Counted from the stretch's first letter, positions 13,052-22,856 are shown. The stretch is 32,000 nt of DNA from Candidatus Nitrospira inopinata (GCF_001458695.1 NZ_LN885086.1:2700001-2732000), one strand, 5' to 3'. The notes: generated by a model not told the origin, from the sequence alone. Numbers and translations are program-made.

Positions 13052-13492
13052 GCTCCTTAACAATGCAAGCTGCGCGTGACCCGTCTCCTGCTCGCCTTGG
13101 CGCCGCATAGACTGGCGAATCATAGCCTCGTTGCTCCCCCCGTCGAGGCGAAAAATCCTCGCGCCCAGCCCTCGCCCCCATCCCACGACACTCGGCGCAA
13201 CCCGTGCGGGCGTTGCCTTTCAACTGCCGACTGGTCAGGCTTTTCAAGGGTTCCCCCACTTGTGCAACCGCGCATTTCGGCGGAATCACCATGGGCAGAT
13301 GGATATGGTCCCGCTCCACTCCAAATTTCCTCCAGCAACCAATTCAGGGTGCAATTCCCCCACGCCGCAGAGGACCTTCTTCAAGGATTCAGCTATGCCA
13401 AGCACGAGAATGTTCCGCCGGTACCGCGGTACCCCCACCAAATGGTCCTGGGTCTTGTACGCCACATAGACCTGTCGATAGAGCTTCATCAC
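13040..13492 (-). pseudogene. tnpA: IS200/IS605-family Y1 (HUH) transposase tnpA relic (or RAYT-like), multiply frameshifted
   Basis: Homology is spread over at least four frame segments on the minus strand. These are MKLYRQVYVAYKTQDHLVGVPRYRRNILVLGIAESLKKVL...ELVAGGNLE, then RDHIHLPMVIPPKCAVAQV..LKSLTSRQL (HUH motif). The last two are RRVSWDGGEGWARGFFASTGGAT and NEAMIRQSMRRQGEQE. Confidence 0.8.
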
Positions 13493-13611
13493 CGGCCATC
13501 AGAGCACCAGGCAAGTACCAGACGGCTCCTCGCTCACCCCCACCCTCCCAGGTGGAGACCTCCCGCGCAAGTAACTGAGCCTCCCAAGCTTCTCATGATC
13601 CCGGCCGCCTG

Positions 13612-14025
13612 GTGCAAGCCGCACGCAACAAACAATTCGTTAACCAGTTGGCGAGAGAATTAAAAGTCTTAGCCAAGAAGGGTCGCCTAAGGCATGATGT
13701 GGACGAGAGTCCTGATGTGAAATCAGCCTTGCAGGAACTACTTACAGCGTTTGAGGATCCCCCCGTTGACGATGCCAAGTTTGAGGCGCTCAAGAAAATC
13801 TTCTTGGCGGCATGTGCTGGAGATACCTCCACCAACGTGCTTCAGCAGCTTATCCTCGCTGTGGCACGAAGACTGAGCGCCGGCGAACTGGTGGTGCCGG
13901 CAACGGCGCACAAGGTCGGTCGAAACGCTCCGAGCACCAGTACTCGCAGCGTCATTGATGCCAAAACTTGGCTCTCGGAAATCGCAACGGCTTTGGGTCT
14001 TGGGTCAACTGACTTTGTAGAATAG
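13612..14025 (+). CDS. Hypothetical protein or gene fragment in a lower-GC segment
   Basis: GTG-initiated 137-aa ORF with a protein-like helical sequence (SPDVKSALQELLTAFEDPPVDDAKFEALKKIFLAA...). There is no clear SD and no motif I recognise. It may be the 3' fragment of a gene truncated by the adjacent IS relic. Confidence 0.35.
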   Translation: MQAARNKQFVNQLARELKVLAKKGRLRHDVDESPDVKSALQELLTAFEDPPVDDAKFEALKKIFLAACAGDTSTNVLQQLILAVARRLSAGELVVPATAHKVGRNAPSTSTRSVIDAKTWLSEIATALGLGSTDFVE

Positions 14026-14259
14026 TACGCAGAGCGGCTCGCCGCAGCTTTCTGCTCGCGGCTCGTGGCTGGCAGGAATCACCGTCGGCGAATCGTCTTG
14101 CTCGCCATCGATGCGTTTGAGGACTCGCATACGAGGCTCTATATAAATCAGCAGTTTTAAAATGTGACGTTTTTGACCTCTACCCGGTAAATCAGTATTG
14201 GACAAGATGCGATCATTCGCAAGAAAGCAAAGGATTCTGGTCACTTGCTCCGGTTCGAT

Positions 14260-15495
14260 CTATTCGTACCGGAGGGCGTCGATGGGATTCATCCAGGCGG
14301 CCTTGTTGGCGGGATACAAGCCGAAGAACAGCCCTACGGCCACGGAGAACACAAACGCGGCGATCACCGTTTCCGGCGAAATAATCGTCGGCCATCCGGC
14401 GACAATCGTCGTCGCCCGAGCCCCCAGAATGCCGACAAGGATTCCCAGACAGCCTCCGAGGACGCTCAAGGTCATCGCTTCGACCAAAAACTGAATCAGA
14501 ATGTGCCGCCTGGTCGCTCCCACCGCCATCCGCACGCCGATTTCCCTGGTTCGTTCCGTCACCGACACCAAAAGAATGTTCATAATGCCGATGCCCCCGA
14601 CCAACAGAGAGACGGAGGCGATGGAAAACAACATGATCGTCAACGTCTCGCTCGTATCCTCGTGCACTTTTCCGATGTCGACCTGCGTGCGGATGAAAAA
14701 ATCGTCGTCTTGATCGGGCTGCAACCGGTGCCGCTGCCTCAACACTTCGCGAATCTGCGCCACCGCGGGCGCGAGATCCTCCGGCCGTTCGGTCGAGGCG
14801 AATAACGCTCCGACGGAGCCCAAAAAATAGGTGCCGAAGACTTTCCGCTCGGCGGTGCTGAAGGGAATAAAAATGACGTCGTCTTGGTCCATTCCCTGGG
14901 CCGACTGCCCTTTCGGAGCCAACGTGCCGATGACGCGAAACGGCACGTGGTTGATACGGATGATGGCGCCGATCGGCTCTTCCCCCGGCTCGAATAAATT
15001 GTCGACCGCCGTTTGCCCGAGCACGGCGACTCGGGCCGCCGTGTCAAGATCCTGTTGCGTAAACGGCCCGCCGCCGGTGAACGACCATCCTCGAATCGTC
15101 AGATAGCTCGGTGAAATTCCATTGACCGTTCCATTCCAATTCTTGTTGCCATGGACGATCTGCATCACGTCGCGCCTGGCCCATCCGGTTTCGCGAAGCA
15201 AGGGGACGCGCTTTTTCAGCTCGACGGCATCGGCCGTCGTCAACGTCACCACCCCTCCTTGCCCTCCCCGCACACCGCCGGTCGTGACGGCCCCGGGCAG
15301 GATAAGGATGACGTTGGTCCCCATGCTGGCCACCCGCTCGGCGACGGCGGCCTTCGCCCCCGCGCCGATACTGACCATTGCAATGACCGCTCCCACGCCG
15401 ATCACAATCCCCAACATGGTTAATCCGGTTCGGAGCCGATTGCGACCGAGAATCCGAACCGCCGTCAGAGCGGTCAACAACAAAAAGGTGGGCAT
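14260..15495 (-). CDS. MacB-type ABC efflux permease (FtsX family with a periplasmic MacB_PCD-like domain)
   Basis: N-terminus is LRTGLTMLGIVIGVGAVIAMVSIG. A ~220-aa periplasmic domain follows, then a C-terminal 3-TM FtsX module. The start ATG (15495-15493) overlaps the upstream TAA by 1 nt. Confidence 0.9.
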   Translation of the reverse strand: MPTFLLLTALTAVRILGRNRLRTGLTMLGIVIGVGAVIAMVSIGAGAKAAVAERVASMGTNVILILPGAVTTGGVRGGQGGVVTLTTADAVELKKRVPLLRETGWARRDVMQIVHGNKNWNGTVNGISPSYLTIRGWSFTGGGPFTQQDLDTAARVAVLGQTAVDNLFEPGEEPIGAIIRINHVPFRVIGTLAPKGQSAQGMDQDDVIFIPFSTAERKVFGTYFLGSVGALFASTERPEDLAPAVAQIREVLRQRHRLQPDQDDDFFIRTQVDIGKVHEDTSETLTIMLFSIASVSLLVGGIGIMNILLVSVTERTREIGVRMAVGATRRHILIQFLVEAMTLSVLGGCLGILVGILGARATTIVAGWPTIISPETVIAAFVFSVAVGLFFGLYPANKAAWMNPIDALRYE

Positions 15496-16214
15496 TATGC
15501 CTCGACCGGCAGAGCGGACGCACCGGACGGTGTTTTGCGATCCGTCAAGATGCGGCCATCTTTCATGACGACTTCCCGTTCGGCATAGGCGGCAATGTCC
15601 GTCTCGTGTGTCACCAAAACGATGGTGATTCTCTGCTCCTTATTCAACCCATCGAGAATCGTCATGATTTCCAGGCTCGATTGGGTATCCAGATTGCCCG
15701 TGGGCTCGTCGGCCAGCAAGAGCGAGGGAGAAGCGACCAACGCCCGCGCGATCGCGACCCGCTGCTGTTGTCCCCCCGACAGTTGCGACGGGTAATGGTT
15801 CTCCCGGCCCTGAAGTCCGACGCGCGCGAGCGCCTCCGCCGCGAGAGTCCGCTGTTGCCTAAGCGGCAGGCCACGATAAAATAACGGAAGTTGCACGTTT
15901 TCCAACGCGCTGGTGCGGGGAATCAGATTGAAGTTTTGAAACACGAAACCGATCCGCCGGTTTCGAATCTCGGCCAATTGATCGGCGCGCAATCCTCCCA
16001 CGTCGACCCCTTGCAATCGATAACAGCCCTTCGTCGGCCGATCCAGACAACCGAGTATATTCATCAGCGTCGATTTTCCAGAGCCGGACGCCCCCATGAT
16101 TGCGACAAACTCCCCTTCCCTGATGAGCAAATCAACCCCTCGGAGAGCCTGGACCTCCACGTCGCCGAGACGATAGATCTTCCAGAGATCCTCACAAGAA
16201 ATGAGCGCGGCCAT
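15495..16214 (-). CDS. MacB-type ABC efflux ATP-binding protein
   Basis: Walker A is GASGSGKST, the signature is [15 protein letters not shown], Walker B is [12 protein letters not shown], and the H-loop is THE. Confidence 0.93.
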   Translation of the reverse strand: MAALISCEDLWKIYRLGDVEVQALRGVDLLIREGEFVAIMGASGSGKSTLMNILGCLDRPTKGCYRLQGVDVGGLRADQLAEIRNRRIGFVFQNFNLIPRTSALENVQLPLFYRGLPLRQQRTLAAEALARVGLQGRENHYPSQLSGGQQQRVAIARALVASPSLLLADEPTGNLDTQSSLEIMTILDGLNKEQRITIVLVTHETDIAAYAEREVVMKDGRILTDRKTPSGASALPVEA

Positions 16215-16321
16215 CGGCGCCGATCCTCCTCATCCATATGACGATTGCGGAAGTCATGGCGCGGTCCCAGACGCGGGCCATCTTTGGATTCATCCCGCGA
16301 CCATCATAATTGAACGCCGAA

Positions 16322-17575
16322 TCACCGACGGCGACCGCCGCCGAAACCGGGAGGCAATTCGCTCGATCTCCGTTCACTCCTGGACGATTCAAGCCCGACG
16401 ATGACCGGATCTCCCTCTTTCACATCACCATCCGACACTTCCGTCCATACGCCGTCTGAAATGCCGGTCCGAATGACCAGCGGTTCCGGCTCATCGTCGA
16501 TCGCCAGTCTCCAAATTCTTTTTGCCGGTCCGCCTTGTTCCGGAACCGCGGACTCACCGTTGACCCTTCCTCCTGCCTTCGTGCCCTGCTCATCCTTCCC
16601 CCTGGTATCCGGTCGATCCTTCTGAGGCGGGTTGAATCGCAGCGCGGCATTGGGCACCTTCAAGACGTCGTTCTTTCTGGCGACAACGATCGAGACGTTC
16701 GCCGTCATCCCGGGCTTGAGACGCAGATCACGATTGTCGACGCCCACCACCACGTTGTAGGTCACGACGTTTTGCACGTTGATCGGAGCCAAGCGAACCT
16801 GGCGAATGACGCCGTGAAACTGAACGCCCGGGTAGGCGTCAACGGTAAACGTCGCCTCCATGCCCTCGACGATCCCTCCGATATCGGACTCGCTGACGTT
16901 GGTGTCCACTTGCATTTGAGTCAAATCCAGCGCGATCAAAAACAGGTTCGGCGTCGCAAAGCTCGCGGCCACCGTCTGCCCGACCTCTACGTTGCGCGCA
17001 ACGACGATGCCGTCCACCGGCGAGCGAATGATCGTGTACTTGAGATCGAGATCGGCCGCGTTCAATGCCGCCTCCGCCTGTTTGACCTGCGCCTCGGCGA
17101 CCCGAACTTGCGCCTCGGCGCTCTCATAATTGGTCATGGCGAGATCGACGTCATTTTGCGAGACGAACTGTTCCGCCATCAACGGTTTCAGTCGCTCAAG
17201 CTCGCGCTTGCGCTGCGCAAGGTCCGTCCGCGCTTTGGCCCAGGCCGCCCGCGCCATTTCCAAGTTGCTCGCGGCCTGCTCACGACGGGCCCTGAACGGT
17301 TCGGGGTCGATCACCGCCACCGTCTGTCCCGCTTTCACCCGCGTATTGAAATCGGCGTGCAGACTCTTGATCATGCCGGACACCTGTGTGCCGACTTGAA
17401 CCGACACCACGGGGTTGATCGTTCCAGTGGCGCTGACGACCGAAACTACGGCGCCTCGCTCTACCTTGGCCGTCCGATATCGAACCGGCTCTTTCCGATC
17501 TCCGCTGAATAGGACGTATCCGCCGACGGCCAGCCCGACGGCGACGACGGTGAGGATCATGCCGACGCGCTTCAT
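16322..17575 (-). CDS. Periplasmic adaptor (HlyD/MacA membrane-fusion protein family)
   Basis: N-terminal TM anchor, an alpha-hairpin coiled coil (NLEMARAAWAKARTDLAQRKRELERLK...AEAQVRVAEAQVKQAEAALNAADLDL), and lipoyl and beta-barrel segments (YTIIRSPVDGIVVARNVEVGQTV). Confidence 0.9.
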   Translation of the reverse strand: MKRVGMILTVVAVGLAVGGYVLFSGDRKEPVRYRTAKVERGAVVSVVSATGTINPVVSVQVGTQVSGMIKSLHADFNTRVKAGQTVAVIDPEPFRARREQAASNLEMARAAWAKARTDLAQRKRELERLKPLMAEQFVSQNDVDLAMTNYESAEAQVRVAEAQVKQAEAALNAADLDLKYTIIRSPVDGIVVARNVEVGQTVAASFATPNLFLIALDLTQMQVDTNVSESDIGGIVEGMEATFTVDAYPGVQFHGVIRQVRLAPINVQNVVTYNVVVGVDNRDLRLKPGMTANVSIVVARKNDVLKVPNAALRFNPPQKDRPDTRGKDEQGTKAGGRVNGESAVPEQGGPAKRIWRLAIDDEPEPLVIRTGISDGVWTEVSDGDVKEGDPVIVGLESSRSERRSSELPPGFGGGRRR

Positions 17576-17754
17576 GCCCGTATCCTGGAAACCTCCGGCA
17601 CACGTATCTTAACAGGAAGCGGCCGGCCAATCATCTTGTGAAGCAAGACCCGCCGCGATCCACGCCCCGGATCCCCGCGGCAAGACCGATCCGGCCACCG
17701 TGCGATTCGGTCTGGCCAGACGATCGCTTTGCGGCCGGAAAACCTGGGGATGAG

Positions 17755-19095
17755 CTATCGGGCCAGGAGCTGATCAAGGAAAGCGGTTGAGACGTGTCCC
17801 TTCTGAAAATCGGCGTCTTCGAAGATCTTGCGGTGAAGCGGAATTGTCGTCTTGATTCCCTCGATCACGAATTCATCGAGCGCGCGCCTCATGCGCGCCA
17901 TCGCTTCCTGTCGATCCTTGCCGTGAGTGATCAACTTCGCGATCAGAGAGTCATAGTGGGGAACCACCGTGGCGCCCGGCTCCATGGCCGAGTCGACCCG
18001 CACGCCGAACCCCCCCGGCACGCTGTACTTGGTGATTTGTCCCGGGCACGGAATGAATTTTTCGGGATCTTCGGCGTTGATACGGCATTCCATGCTGTGG
18101 CCGTTCATCGTCACGTCCTGTTGCCGAATCGACAACGGATACCCGGCCGCCAAACGAATCTGCTCTTTGATCAAATCGATGCCCGTGACCATTTCGGTGA
18201 TCGGATGCTCGACCTGAATCCGGGTATTCACCTCCATGAAAAAAAAATTTCGCTCCTTATCGAGCAAAAACTCCACCGTTCCGACGTTGCGATACTGCAC
18301 GGTTTTGACCGCCTCGACGGCGACCCGCCCGATCTCCCGGCGAAGTTTGTCGTCGACGGCTGGAGAAGGGGTTTCCTCGACCAGCTTTTGATGACGCCGC
18401 TGAATGGAACAGTCCCGTTCCCCGAGATAAATGACGTGTCCCCGATAATCGGCCAGCACCTGAACTTCGATGTGGCGCGGCTCTAGAAAATATCGCTCAA
18501 GATAGACCCCTTCGTTTCCGAACGTGGACTTGGCTTCCGCCTGGGCGGCTTGAAAGGCTCTGGCCAAATCTTCCGCCTTGTTCACGACGCGCATGCCCCG
18601 CCCTCCGCCGCCGGCCGTCGCTTTAATGATGACAGGAAAGCCGATTTTCTGGGCCGCCTGCATCGCGTCGTCCTCATTCCGGAGTTCACCGAGACTGCCG
18701 GGCGTGACCGGCAATCCCCGTTTGGCGACGGTTTCTCGCGCTTTCGCTTTGTCTCCCATCAGAGCAATATTTTCCGACGTGGGGCCGATAAATTTGATGC
18801 CGATGGATTCGCACACCTCCGCGAAATGCGCGTTTTCCGCCAAAAACCCGTATCCGGGATGAATGGCATCGACGCCGGTCACTTCGGCGGCGCTCAGCAC
18901 GTTTGGAATGTTGCGATAGCTCATCGCGGCGTCCGCGGGACCCACGCATATTTTTTCGTCGGCTGCCCTGACGTGAACGGCGCCGTTATCAGCCTCCGAA
19001 TGGATGGCGACGGTCTTGATCCCCAGCTCTTTGCAGGCTCGAATCACGCGCAGCGCGATTTCCCCGCGATTGGCGACAAGAACTTTCTTGAACAC
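17755..19095 (-). CDS. accC: Acetyl-CoA carboxylase, biotin carboxylase subunit
   Basis: GTG start. MFKKVLVANRGEIALRVIRACKELGI, with an ATP-grasp core (GGGGRGMRVV, EVNTRIQVEHPITE). Confidence 0.96.
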   Translation of the reverse strand: MFKKVLVANRGEIALRVIRACKELGIKTVAIHSEADNGAVHVRAADEKICVGPADAAMSYRNIPNVLSAAEVTGVDAIHPGYGFLAENAHFAEVCESIGIKFIGPTSENIALMGDKAKARETVAKRGLPVTPGSLGELRNEDDAMQAAQKIGFPVIIKATAGGGGRGMRVVNKAEDLARAFQAAQAEAKSTFGNEGVYLERYFLEPRHIEVQVLADYRGHVIYLGERDCSIQRRHQKLVEETPSPAVDDKLRREIGRVAVEAVKTVQYRNVGTVEFLLDKERNFFFMEVNTRIQVEHPITEMVTGIDLIKEQIRLAAGYPLSIRQQDVTMNGHSMECRINAEDPEKFIPCPGQITKYSVPGGFGVRVDSAMEPGATVVPHYDSLIAKLITHGKDRQEAMARMRRALDEFVIEGIKTTIPLHRKIFEDADFQKGHVSTAFLDQLLAR

Positions 19096-19136
19096 GATTT
19101 CACCCCGGAATCACGGTGAGGGATGCGTTGACGTTA

Positions 19137-19697
19137 TCAGCGACCTTTGGGGTCTATGAGAAACAGGGGCTGTCCATACTCGACCGGCTTGGTGCTTTCG
19201 GCTAACACTTTGACGATCCGGCCGTCCGTTTCGGACTCGATTTCGTTCATGAGCTTCATGGCCTCAACGATGCACAAGACTTGGCCCTTTTTGACAAAAT
19301 CACCTTCTTCCACGTAGGGATCCGCGTCAGGAGACGGAGACCGATAGAACGTCCCCACGATGGGCGAGGTGATCGTCACCAAGCCGGAGGCGTCCTCCTC
19401 CGTCGAGGTAGGCTCCCCTTCCGGACGGGGGCTCGTTTGAGGAATACTCGCCGCCGACTCAGCCGAGGCAGTTGAACCGGGTCTGACACCGATTTCATGG
19501 CGGACTCGTATGCGCAGCCCCTGCCGCTCGATCTCCAACTCGGTCAAGTTGTTCCGACGAAGCAGGTTGATGAAATCCTGGATCTGCCTGACCTGCTCGG
19601 CGGTCAACAGCGGCTCCTGGCTTGGCTGACCAAGCACGTTCGACGAAAGGCTTCGGTGCGTTTTCTTTTTTGAAGGAGACGACGGCTGCGCGCTCAC
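19137..19697 (-). CDS. accB: Acetyl-CoA carboxylase, biotin carboxyl carrier protein
   Basis: C-terminal biotinyl domain with EAMKLMNEIE and a Pro/Ser/Ala linker. The GTG start at 19697 overlaps the efp stop (GTGA). A later start is possible. Confidence 0.9.
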   Translation of the reverse strand: MSAQPSSPSKKKTHRSLSSNVLGQPSQEPLLTAEQVRQIQDFINLLRRNNLTELEIERQGLRIRVRHEIGVRPGSTASAESAASIPQTSPRPEGEPTSTEEDASGLVTITSPIVGTFYRSPSPDADPYVEEGDFVKKGQVLCIVEAMKLMNEIESETDGRIVKVLAESTKPVEYGQPLFLIDPKGR

Positions 19698-20254
19698 CGG
19701 ACACGCTCCACATACGATCTGGTTCGGGTATCAATTTTAATGACGGTTCCCACTTCCAAATACAGGGGCACTTTGATGGTGGCTCCCGTTTCGACGACCG
19801 CCGGTTTGGTGCCGCCGGACGCGGTATCTCCGCGAACACCGGGCTCCGCGTCGACAACCTTGAGCTCGATAAAATTCGGCAATTCAACGGCGATCGGCCG
19901 ATGTTCATAAATAAGAATTTTCACCACCATGTTTTCCTTCAGGAGATCGACGTTTTCTCCAAGAGCTTGTCTTTCAAAAGAAAGCTGCTCGTACGTTTCC
20001 GTGTCCATGAAGGTGTACGAATCCCCCGTCGCGTACAAAAACTGCATTTCCCGCTCTTCAAGATTCGGTTCCTCAAACCGCTCACCCGACCGGAACGTTC
20101 GGTCCAAGACGTTTCCTGACAGATAACTTTTGAGCTTTGTACGGACAAACGCCCCGCCTTTCCCCGGTTTGACGTGTTGGAATTCAACGATGTAAAAGGG
20201 CTCGCCATCGACCATGAGGCGAACTCCATTTCGAAAATCGACGGTCGAAATCAC
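19694..20254 (-). CDS. efp: Translation elongation factor P
   Basis: MISTVDFRNGV...VEFQHVKPGKGGAFVRTKLK includes the conserved KPGKG loop. Length 186 aa. Confidence 0.96.
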   Translation of the reverse strand: MISTVDFRNGVRLMVDGEPFYIVEFQHVKPGKGGAFVRTKLKSYLSGNVLDRTFRSGERFEEPNLEEREMQFLYATGDSYTFMDTETYEQLSFERQALGENVDLLKENMVVKILIYEHRPIAVELPNFIELKVVDAEPGVRGDTASGGTKPAVVETGATIKVPLYLEVGTVIKIDTRTRSYVERVR

Positions 20255-20328
20255 TCTTTGCTCCCTTCGGTCAAGAATAACCCCGTTTCTGTTCCACGCC
20301 TTGCTTCATCCCCTGTCTCGGTCATTTT

Positions 20329-20805
20329 CTACTTTGTACCGGGCTCCGAAGGAATGTCTCCCGCCACCCGTTGAGAAAGATGCGCGTGCAATCCCCGCAA
20401 TGCCAACAGATACCCTGTGGGCCCGAACCCTGTAACTTGACCATGCACGACGTCGGAAATATACGAGCGCCGGCGAAATGCTTCACGGCGATGAATGTTC
20501 GAAAGATGCACTTCCACCGCTGGAACGGAGACGGCCGCCAAGGCGTCTCGTATGGCGACGCTGGTATGGGTGTAGGCCGCCGGATTGATGATAATGCCCT
20601 GATAAACCGCCTTGGCCTCTTGAATCCACGTGACCAACTCCCCCTCGTGATTCGACTGGCGAACGTCGAGTTTGATTCCCAGTTCGTCGCCGAGTTTGGA
20701 GAGAGACTCATTGATGGCGTCAAGCGTCGCCGTTCCATAGACGGACGGCTCACGATTACCCAACAGATTCAGATTCGGTCCATGGAGGATCAGCACCCGC
20801 ATCAT
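20329..20805 (-). CDS. aroQ: 3-dehydroquinate dehydratase, type II
   Basis: [39 protein letters not shown] and [11 protein letters not shown]. Confidence 0.95.
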   Translation of the reverse strand: MMRVLILHGPNLNLLGNREPSVYGTATLDAINESLSKLGDELGIKLDVRQSNHEGELVTWIQEAKAVYQGIIINPAAYTHTSVAIRDALAAVSVPAVEVHLSNIHRREAFRRRSYISDVVHGQVTGFGPTGYLLALRGLHAHLSQRVAGDIPSEPGTK

Positions 20806-20919
20806 AATAAAGCCGACGCTCGCGCCTTCGCCGCGACTGCGGTCTCGCCCATCCGCCTTTACCGCTCGGTGGGCTGCATTGTAACGTTCCGCCCGGACTG
20901 GGTCAAACGATCCGAGAAA

Positions 20920-21600
20920 TCATAAGGCGTGACCGCGTGTGGCACGTTGATCGCGTCGGCGAAGTTGAATGGTGGCGAGCCATTGTTCAAGCTGCGCCGC
21001 AACCATCTTTTTTCGTCCAAGAGAGACGCCCGGCTCATCCGATGAATTTTCCCCCTCGTATGCCTGATCGCCAACCGCAGACGACCGATCCTCTTTCTTC
21101 GACGTCGTCTTCGCCACCGATAGGACCGGAGCTTGACTTGACCGACGGAGAGGCTGCTCGTTTTCAGCTTCTACCGACTGCACTCCCAGCAGAGCGCAAA
21201 TCGAGAGAGCCTCTTGATCCTGCGGATTGACCTCCAAAATGACGCGACATGACCGTACCGCGGCATCCTTCCGTCCCTGAGCGGCGTGGATCTTGGCAAG
21301 CGTTCGATGCGCCCGAAGGTTTTCCGGGCTGACCCGTACGGCCTCTTCCAAGATCGCCGTGGCCTTAACGGACTGCCCCAGTTGATCATAGGCTCTGCCC
21401 AGCGCCACCATCGCCGTGATGAAATTCGGATAGGTCTTTAATCCGTCTTCCAGGACGGCGGCCGCTTCTTCCCACATCCCGGCTTTCCCGTATTCTTCCG
21501 CCAAGGAAAGAAACGCCTTCGATCCCGGCTCTTTCGCCACGATCAAGGCCAGCCGATCGATTTCCGCCGCGTTCGCCGGTTTCTCGTATCTTGATCCCAT
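20920..21600 (-). CDS. TPR-repeat protein with a disordered C-terminal region
   Basis: Several 34-residue TPR-like units (FLSLAEEYGKAGMWEEAAAVLEDGLKTYPNF; AMVALGRAYDQLGQSVKATAILEEAVRVSPEN; HRTLAKIHAAQGRKDAAVRSCRVILEVNPQD). Confidence 0.8.
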   Translation of the reverse strand: MGSRYEKPANAAEIDRLALIVAKEPGSKAFLSLAEEYGKAGMWEEAAAVLEDGLKTYPNFITAMVALGRAYDQLGQSVKATAILEEAVRVSPENLRAHRTLAKIHAAQGRKDAAVRSCRVILEVNPQDQEALSICALLGVQSVEAENEQPLRRSSQAPVLSVAKTTSKKEDRSSAVGDQAYEGENSSDEPGVSLGRKKMVAAQLEQWLATIQLRRRDQRATRGHAL

Positions 21601-21606
21601 GCCCCG

Positions 21607-22854
21607 CTACCCTACTGGGACGACCGGCGAAGGATGACAGTCGGTCCGCAAGTTTTTCACTTCCGTCAGAAGTTCATCCGCCAACTTTCGTTTTGACATC
21701 AACCCCAATTCCCTCTGTCGTCCCCCGCGCGTAAGAACGACGGCCGCGTTATTATCGCTTCCAAAGCCGGCGCCTGCTTGTGTCACATCGTTGGCGACGA
21801 TCATATCAAGCCCCTTCTCTTTCAACTTGGCCTCCGCATGGGCGACAAGCCGTTCGGTCTCGGCGGCGAATCCGACCAAAATCTGATCGGTTTTCCGAGC
21901 GGACAGCATCGCCAGAATATCAGGCGCCGGCTCAAGCTCAAGCATCAGCGACGACCGGCCGTGTTTTTTCAATTTGTGCGGCGCCCGTTCTTTAGGACAA
22001 AAGTCCGAGACGGCGGCGGCCATGACGACGACGGTCGCCCATGAAAACCGTTGGCAGAGGGCTTCCGCCATCTCTTTCGCCGTCGTGACGGAAATAACCT
22101 CCATGCCGAACGGTCTGGTCAGAGAGGTTGGCCCCGTTACTAATACCACATTGGCTCCCCGATCCCGTGCCGCCTCCGCAATAGCATACCCCATCTTGCC
22201 CGACGATCGATTGGAAATGAATCGCACGGGGTCGATCGCCTCTTGCGTGGGGCCGGCGGATATCAACACGTTCTGTCCTTGCCAATCGGATCGCGGAGTC
22301 AGAGTCGCCAAAACCGCCTCAACAATGTTCGATTCCGTCGCCAGCCTCCCCTGCGCCACTTGCCCGGAAGCCAACGGGCCCTCTTCCGGGTCGATCACGC
22401 ATACGCCGCGAGATCGAAGAAGATCCACATGCTTCGCCACGGCGGGATGCCGCCACATTCCACCGTCCATAGCCGGCGCGACGATAAGAGGACAGCGCGC
22501 GGCCAGCAGCATGGTGGAAAGCACGTCATCCGCCAATCCCAAGGCCGCCTTCGCCAGAAAATTGGCCGTTGCGGGAGCGACTACGACCGCATGCGCGTTT
22601 TCAGGAACGGTGAGATGTTTCATTTCCTCATGGGCGTGAAACAAATCCGTGATGACCCGTTCTCCGGACAGGACTTCGAAAGTCAAGGGAGCGACAAATT
22701 TCCTCGCGGCCGCCGTCATGACGACCGACACGGCGGCACCCTGCGCCTTGAATGTCCGCAGCAATGAAACGGCCTTATAGGCGGCGATACTCCCCGTCAC
22801 CCCTAAGACAAGCCGCTTCCCTTGCAAGATTCCCAGTGAACGATCCGGCGCCAT
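21607..22854 (-). CDS. coaBC: Bifunctional phosphopantothenoylcysteine decarboxylase / phosphopantothenate-cysteine ligase
   Basis: N-terminal flavoprotein domain (LGVTGSIAAYKA) and a C-terminal DFP/CoaB domain (ISAGPTQEAIDPVRFISNRSSGKMGYAIAEAA). Confidence 0.95.
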   Translation of the reverse strand: MAPDRSLGILQGKRLVLGVTGSIAAYKAVSLLRTFKAQGAAVSVVMTAAARKFVAPLTFEVLSGERVITDLFHAHEEMKHLTVPENAHAVVVAPATANFLAKAALGLADDVLSTMLLAARCPLIVAPAMDGGMWRHPAVAKHVDLLRSRGVCVIDPEEGPLASGQVAQGRLATESNIVEAVLATLTPRSDWQGQNVLISAGPTQEAIDPVRFISNRSSGKMGYAIAEAARDRGANVVLVTGPTSLTRPFGMEVISVTTAKEMAEALCQRFSWATVVVMAAAVSDFCPKERAPHKLKKHGRSSLMLELEPAPDILAMLSARKTDQILVGFAAETERLVAHAEAKLKEKGLDMIVANDVTQAGAGFGSDNNAAVVLTRGGRQRELGLMSKRKLADELLTEVKNLRTDCHPSPVVPVG

Positions 22855-22856
22855 GA

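Noticed and set aside
12609-13319. 236-aa minus-strand ORF treated as an intact gene
   Set aside because: Only its first ~35 residues (RDHIHLPMVIPPK...TSRQL) resemble IS200 TnpA. The rest is out-of-frame read-through across the hairpin and into the antisense of the rusA-like gene. It is better explained as part of a frameshifted pseudogene.
14005-14244. 79-aa minus-strand ORF in the AT-rich spacer
   Set aside because: It has no SD and no motif, and it overlaps the end of ORF 13612-14025. It is most likely non-coding.
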